Source of the DNA: Candidatus Melainabacteria bacterium 17Bon1m
GTDB lineage: Bacteria > Cyanobacteriota > Vampirovibrionia > Obscuribacterales > Obscuribacteraceae
Length of the DNA: 64,000 bases
Reading direction: 5' to 3'
NCBI GenBank assembly: GCA_032128875.1
Contig: JAVLKG010000001.1
Coordinates: 96,001-160,000, forward strand
The notes beneath the pieces are model-generated. The model was not told the origin of the DNA. It was given only the letters and a program-made list of their open reading frames with translations, and made no database searches. The position numbers were made by a program, and so were the translations under genes. Below, piece after piece: positions 59,579 through 64,000 of this stretch. Positions within the stretch are counted from its first letter, which is position 1. Every line of letters starts with the position of its first letter.

Positions 59579-61497
59579 TTCGCTGTTCCTTTCTCTGAAG
59601 TTTCGGCCTTGCTGTTATGATCGGGCTCTGACATCGGAGACGGCAGCAGCGGCGGCTTGTCCTGAGCTTTGTGCTGGCGCTCTACTTCTATTGTTCCAAC
59701 CAACAAGCTCGGCGATGTTGCCGATACCGGAACCCATCCAGACTCAGCTCCGCAAGTTCCGTTGAAGGTGTCGTCATCATCGGCACCACACATGATGCGT
59801 TCTAGAGATGCTAGAGGTGTTCCTACCAGATCTGCGCCGCGCATTAGCTGATCGGGTTTTCCATCAGGAAACACTTTCCAGACTCGCAATGGCAGGAGTT
59901 TATAAACTTGCGGCAAGACAGACTGAGTCATTGTGAAACCCCCGGCGATCTCATCGAAAATCAATCCGTAAGGCTTGCCTTGTTTTTTCACTTCTTCAAT
60001 TAGCATTTCGCGCAATTTTGGATATGGCACGCGTTTTGCACTGTCAATGATGAGATTGGCTTGCCGAGCTACTGGATCGCGACCTGGCGAGCAGCGACCG
60101 TGTCCATTGGATGTGGTGAAATCTTTAATTGGCGAACGTCCCATCAGAAAAGTTTTCAAAACGCCTTTATCAACTAAAGTAACTTTGGTGCCAGGAACGC
60201 CTTCGTCGTCAAACTTGTAATGACCGTTCAGCGCTTTGGCACCAAATCGAACACGTGTCGGGTCGTCGCTCACAGTGACGAATTCCGGCATGATTTGCTG
60301 CCCGACTTTCTTTGCAAATGTTCTGCCTTCATCTTCGCTCTTTTGTCTATGTCCTTCAATGCGATGTCCGAATGTTTCATGGAAGAAAACGCCTGATGCT
60401 TTTGCTTTCAAAATTGCTGGACCAACATATGGTTCTGCTACGGGTGCCGTGCGCAGCGCCACTAAATCTTTCGCCACATCACTCACGAGTTTTTCAAGAT
60501 GAGCTTCGTCAGGTACGTCAGCCAAGGTTGGTGCTTCAATGCCATCATAGAGCGCAAGCCGCATTCCGTCTGCAGCTACGGTCTTCGCAGTCGTGAAAAC
60601 TCGATACTGAATGCGCTCATCTTGTATCTCCGTGCCTTCGCTTGTGACAAGATAGCGTGTTGTTTTGGTGGCAGTGAACTCAACGTTTGCGTCTTCGATG
60701 CCTGGATATGATCGATAGATTTTCGATAAACGCCGGATACGATCTTCCCAGGTTTTTTTATCAACGTTGAGCGACTCACTCATTTTGAATTCTTTCTGCG
60801 GAGTTTCCAGCGAGAAGTCAGCAGAATTGTCTTCTTCCTCAACCTTCACGTCCTTGTTTGCGAGCACCATCATGTATTTCTTTTGAGCGGACTTGAACTC
60901 AGTATCTGTGAGGGCCCAAAGTGCCACGCGCAGAGCATCTTCGTTATCTTCCATCGGCGTAAATTTGAACATCGATCCGCCGCCGGAAAACATGCTACCG
61001 ATATCAAAGCCGCCGCCGCGAACGGGGTGGCTGCTATCACGCTCTGGCGAGCCGACGCGCAAGTCAATGTCTACTACTCGAGTCTTTTGAGGTCTGTTTG
61101 TACCAAGCAATCCTCCGAACGTGCCCTTGATATCAAGGGTTTCGGTGTCATAAATTCTGTAGGCTAGAAAGTAAAGGGGGGCGTTGCCGGCATTCTTCAG
61201 TTTGCTGAATGAACGGTCCAGCTCTTTGCGCATTGCGCGGAGAACGACACGGTTGTCAGCTTTGCCACCTGTCGAATGCGAATTTGAGGCCTTGAAATTC
61301 GTAGATTTGGCTTTCTGCGCCTTCTCTTGCGGCGCCTTGGCGGTCGGTTGCTTTTCTGCGGGCTGCTTGTCCGTCGCTTGTGAGTTTGGTTGCTTTGTTT
61401 GTTTTTGGGGGGCCCCGTAAGCTGCCAAACTCAACGAAATAGCTAATGTTGCTAGCGTCAAAGATAGGCTAGTGCGCGCGCGAAAGGTTCCGTTCAT
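59575..61497 (-). CDS. tldD: TldD family metalloprotease with signal peptide
   Basis: FFHETFGHRIEG, DDEG, SNGHGR and CGAESGWVPVS motifs. Confidence 0.85.
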   Translation of the reverse strand: MNGTFRARTSLSLTLATLAISLSLAAYGAPQKQTKQPNSQATDKQPAEKQPTAKAPQEKAQKAKSTNFKASNSHSTGGKADNRVVLRAMRKELDRSFSKLKNAGNAPLYFLAYRIYDTETLDIKGTFGGLLGTNRPQKTRVVDIDLRVGSPERDSSHPVRGGGFDIGSMFSGGGSMFKFTPMEDNEDALRVALWALTDTEFKSAQKKYMMVLANKDVKVEEEDNSADFSLETPQKEFKMSESLNVDKKTWEDRIRRLSKIYRSYPGIEDANVEFTATKTTRYLVTSEGTEIQDERIQYRVFTTAKTVAADGMRLALYDGIEAPTLADVPDEAHLEKLVSDVAKDLVALRTAPVAEPYVGPAILKAKASGVFFHETFGHRIEGHRQKSEDEGRTFAKKVGQQIMPEFVTVSDDPTRVRFGAKALNGHYKFDDEGVPGTKVTLVDKGVLKTFLMGRSPIKDFTTSNGHGRCSPGRDPVARQANLIIDSAKRVPYPKLREMLIEEVKKQGKPYGLIFDEIAGGFTMTQSVLPQVYKLLPLRVWKVFPDGKPDQLMRGADLVGTPLASLERIMCGADDDDTFNGTCGAESGWVPVSATSPSLLVGTIEVERQHKAQDKPPLLPSPMSEPDHNSKAETSEKGTAK

Positions 61498-61622
61498 TTA
61501 CGCCTCGGGTAGGTTCTATAAATGGTTACTACCACTAAAGACATAACGAAAAACCCTACTTGAATCTCTTTTCTCATGGTAGAAATGATGCGGAGTAGCT
61601 CTTGAGACAGTGGATTAGGGTA

Positions 61623-62768
61623 ATGGCGAGGACCGCAATAGTAATTGGCGCAGGTTTGGGCGGGCTTTCTGCGGCAATCGCACTAACTCAAGTCGGCTAC
61701 AAAGTCGATGTATACGAGCGATCGCAAGAATTGAAAGAGGTCGGCGCCGGCATCGTTCTCTACCCTAATGCGATAAATGCGCTTCGGAAGCTAGGAGTGT
61801 ACGACGCTGTTGCGGCAGCGGGTAGTTTTGGAAGGCACGGAAAGTATATGACCTCCAAAGGGGAAACCCTTGTGGAGATTGACTTGATGGATGTTGGATT
61901 GGACAAAGAATCAATTGCAATCCACCGCGCTGACTTACAACACGCTTTAGCTGACAAGTTTGGTCGCGAGAAAATCCATCTCGGTATGCCTTTGACGAGT
62001 TTTGAAGACAATGGAAGAGTTACGGCGCACTTTCCTAACGGATCATTTGCAACCGCTGACTTGCTTGTTGGCGCGGATGGACTGCATTCAGTTGTTCGTC
62101 GCCAGTATCTCAAAGACGGTGATCCGCAATATGCAAACTGTTTTGCGTGGCGCGGCGTGGTGACTGGTGAATTCGAAGGACTTCCCGACGAGAGTGGGTT
62201 GCTGATCTTTGGTGCTGGATTGCAGTTTGGTGCCATGCGCATTGGTCAAGGGCGCGTGTATTGGTTCGGCGCTGTTGCCGACAAGAAGGGCGCGCAGGGC
62301 AGAACGAGTAAGAAAGACGTACTCGAGCGATTTCAAAATTGGACCGCACCAGTCCCGCAGTTAATCAATGCGACTGCTCAAGAAGCGTTGCTTACTCACG
62401 ACCTCTACGATCGAAAGCCAACCTACAATTGGGGACATGGTGCGATTACATTACTCGGAGATGCCGCGCATCCGATGGTGCCTTACATGGGTCAGGGTGG
62501 CTGTCAGGCATTGGAGGATAGTATCGCCCTTGGTGCGTCTCTGAAAGAACCGCCTTCAATAGCGGCCGGTTTGCGCAAATACGAAAATCTTCGCAAACAG
62601 CGAACAGCGAATTTCGTTATTCAATCTCGCAGATCGATGAATGCTTCGATGACTAAGAATCCGGTCATCATCGCATTTCGCGATTTTATCTTCAGCAAAA
62701 TGCCAAGCAAAGTTCTACTGCAAAACCTGCACACTCTCAGCAGTTACGACCAGCTGGATTTAGATTAG
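61623..62768 (+). CDS. FAD-dependent monooxygenase
   Basis: GAGLGGL, VGADGLHS and LLGDAAHPMVP..GQGG..ALED motifs. Confidence 0.92.
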   Translation: MARTAIVIGAGLGGLSAAIALTQVGYKVDVYERSQELKEVGAGIVLYPNAINALRKLGVYDAVAAAGSFGRHGKYMTSKGETLVEIDLMDVGLDKESIAIHRADLQHALADKFGREKIHLGMPLTSFEDNGRVTAHFPNGSFATADLLVGADGLHSVVRRQYLKDGDPQYANCFAWRGVVTGEFEGLPDESGLLIFGAGLQFGAMRIGQGRVYWFGAVADKKGAQGRTSKKDVLERFQNWTAPVPQLINATAQEALLTHDLYDRKPTYNWGHGAITLLGDAAHPMVPYMGQGGCQALEDSIALGASLKEPPSIAAGLRKYENLRKQRTANFVIQSRRSMNASMTKNPVIIAFRDFIFSKMPSKVLLQNLHTLSSYDQLDLD

Positions 62769-64000
62769 GATTCAGCTAGAAATTTGCAAATATCAGCATA
62801 AACCTTCTTGCCGCCCCAGGTTGGGGGAGTCTTCACCCACTCACGTGCAGCACTCCGCACCTCTTCATTGTTAGGTAATTTTTGCAATAGGGTGAACATA
62901 AGGGTGCCGACTTCTAAATATTGTGTGTGCCACTTCCGGTAAAGCCGCTTTGTTTTGACAATTGTTAGTGCATTCGAAATGAGTTCTGGATCTGTTAGAT
63001 TGCTTAGTTGTGAAAGCGACCAAGCTATGTTCGATACATCCGAATGTTTTAGCGCTGTTTTGACTCTATTCAGGTCTTCTAACTTTTGCGTCATTTGGTA
63101 GATTTCAGTTGCAACAACTAATGCACCATTTCTAGTTGGCGTTTGGTCAAGCCAAAATCTCGTGATCTGCAACCATTGATCGTCGAAATCCATGTGCTCT
63201 ATTCCAATTAGTCTTGCAGTCTGCTCTGATAAATGAGAAACACCAGAAGCTTCTAAGGCAACTACTTTTGTGTGCCGTTTCCCGCTTCGTACTCCGAGTG
63301 ATTTTTCTTCAGTACGTTCGAAAGCCTTGATTACGCGATTTCTAATTTTGTGTTTTGGATGACTCTGCAACCAACTCTCTACCAGCTCCCTAGAAGACTC
63401 GGGAAGCGGATACCTGCTGGTTTCAAACAAGCGAATAAAAATTTCAAATCTTTGTTCTGTAATTTCTTTGGATTTCAACCAGTCCCACAGGTTGCCAGCG
63501 ACGTCATCGTTAACGAAAAACTTTCTGGTGTTTAAAAACAATTCCTTAGCGAGAGGAGTGTTGAAGTTGATTTCCATCCAATCGCAGATTATTTCGACGC
63601 CTCTAGGATACTGCTCAAGGAGCTCTTGCATAAATTCCAGTGGTCTTGCGTCTTTTGGGGCCTCGCTGAAGAACGCGTGGATTGAATCGATACTTCCTTC
63701 CAAATCTACTTGAGCAAGTGCTTCCAAAATAAAGCGTTTTTCCCAATCTCTTAGTGCCGAAGTCAGTTTCTGTTTGCCGACTGAAATTAATTGTTGGTCT
63801 GATGTATGTTCAATTAATGACTTCAGAAGAAAAACATTGAAATTAAGTTCGAGCGATTGTTTTGCATTCGCAATCAAGTCTGTCGTTTGGTCTATCTCTA
63901 GTAAAGCACTGATTGCTTGCTGCGAATCATAGTCGCTCAAGTCGCACTGTTCTACCCATTCCCTAGCATTCGGTATTAGCAATTCGTGTCTAAAGTCGCG
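62765..64000 (-). CDS. Hypothetical alpha-helical protein (5'-truncated at window edge)
   Basis: Frame stays open to position 64000; no recognised motif. Confidence 0.65.
   Translation of the reverse strand, partial: RDFRHELLIPNAREWVEQCDLSDYDSQQAISALLEIDQTTDLIANAKQSLELNFNVFLLKSLIEHTSDQQLISVGKQKLTSALRDWEKRFILEALAQVDLEGSIDSIHAFFSEAPKDARPLEFMQELLEQYPRGVEIICDWMEINFNTPLAKELFLNTRKFFVNDDVAGNLWDWLKSKEITEQRFEIFIRLFETSRYPLPESSRELVESWLQSHPKHKIRNRVIKAFERTEEKSLGVRSGKRHTKVVALEASGVSHLSEQTARLIGIEHMDFDDQWLQITRFWLDQTPTRNGALVVATEIYQMTQKLEDLNRVKTALKHSDVSNIAWSLSQLSNLTDPELISNALTIVKTKRLYRKWHTQYLEVGTLMFTLLQKLPNNEEVRSAAREWVKTPPTWGGKKVYADICKFLAES

Overview
Gene-dense bacterial chromosomal window with about 48 CDS and no rRNA, tRNA, CRISPR or transposase. 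The gene content (Pkn2-type kinase with a TPR-like tail, PspA/Vipp1-like paralogues, LRV-repeat proteins) suggests a non-photosynthetic cyanobacterial relative such as Melainabacteria/Obscuribacterales; this is inference only. Ordinary content includes cydAB, a fatty-acid modification operon (desaturase, FAD oxidoreductase, DUF1365, cfa, DUF1295, methyltransferase) behind uvsE, several two-component proteins, a DEAD-box helicase, Tex, YbaK, MsrA, topoisomerase III, a 2.9-kaa cyclic beta-1,2-glucan synthase and a secreted TldD/TldE-like pair. Two things stand out. (1) A ~370-bp non-coding unit occurs four times (42946, 44638, 46276, 56054). Each copy has a conserved upstream block, a sigma70-like promoter, a ~210-nt structured RNA with compensatory base changes between copies, twin GGAAAC motifs, an invariant box C/D-like motif and its own terminator. 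The copies are interleaved with two membrane-anchored PspA/Vipp1-like genes and the glucan synthase. (2) A small SEC-C zinc-knuckle gene missed by the ORF track (22248-22487) can only be read with three successive +1 frameshifts, each at a UUU-Y Phe codon. All calls come from reading the sequence by eye; no database searches were run.
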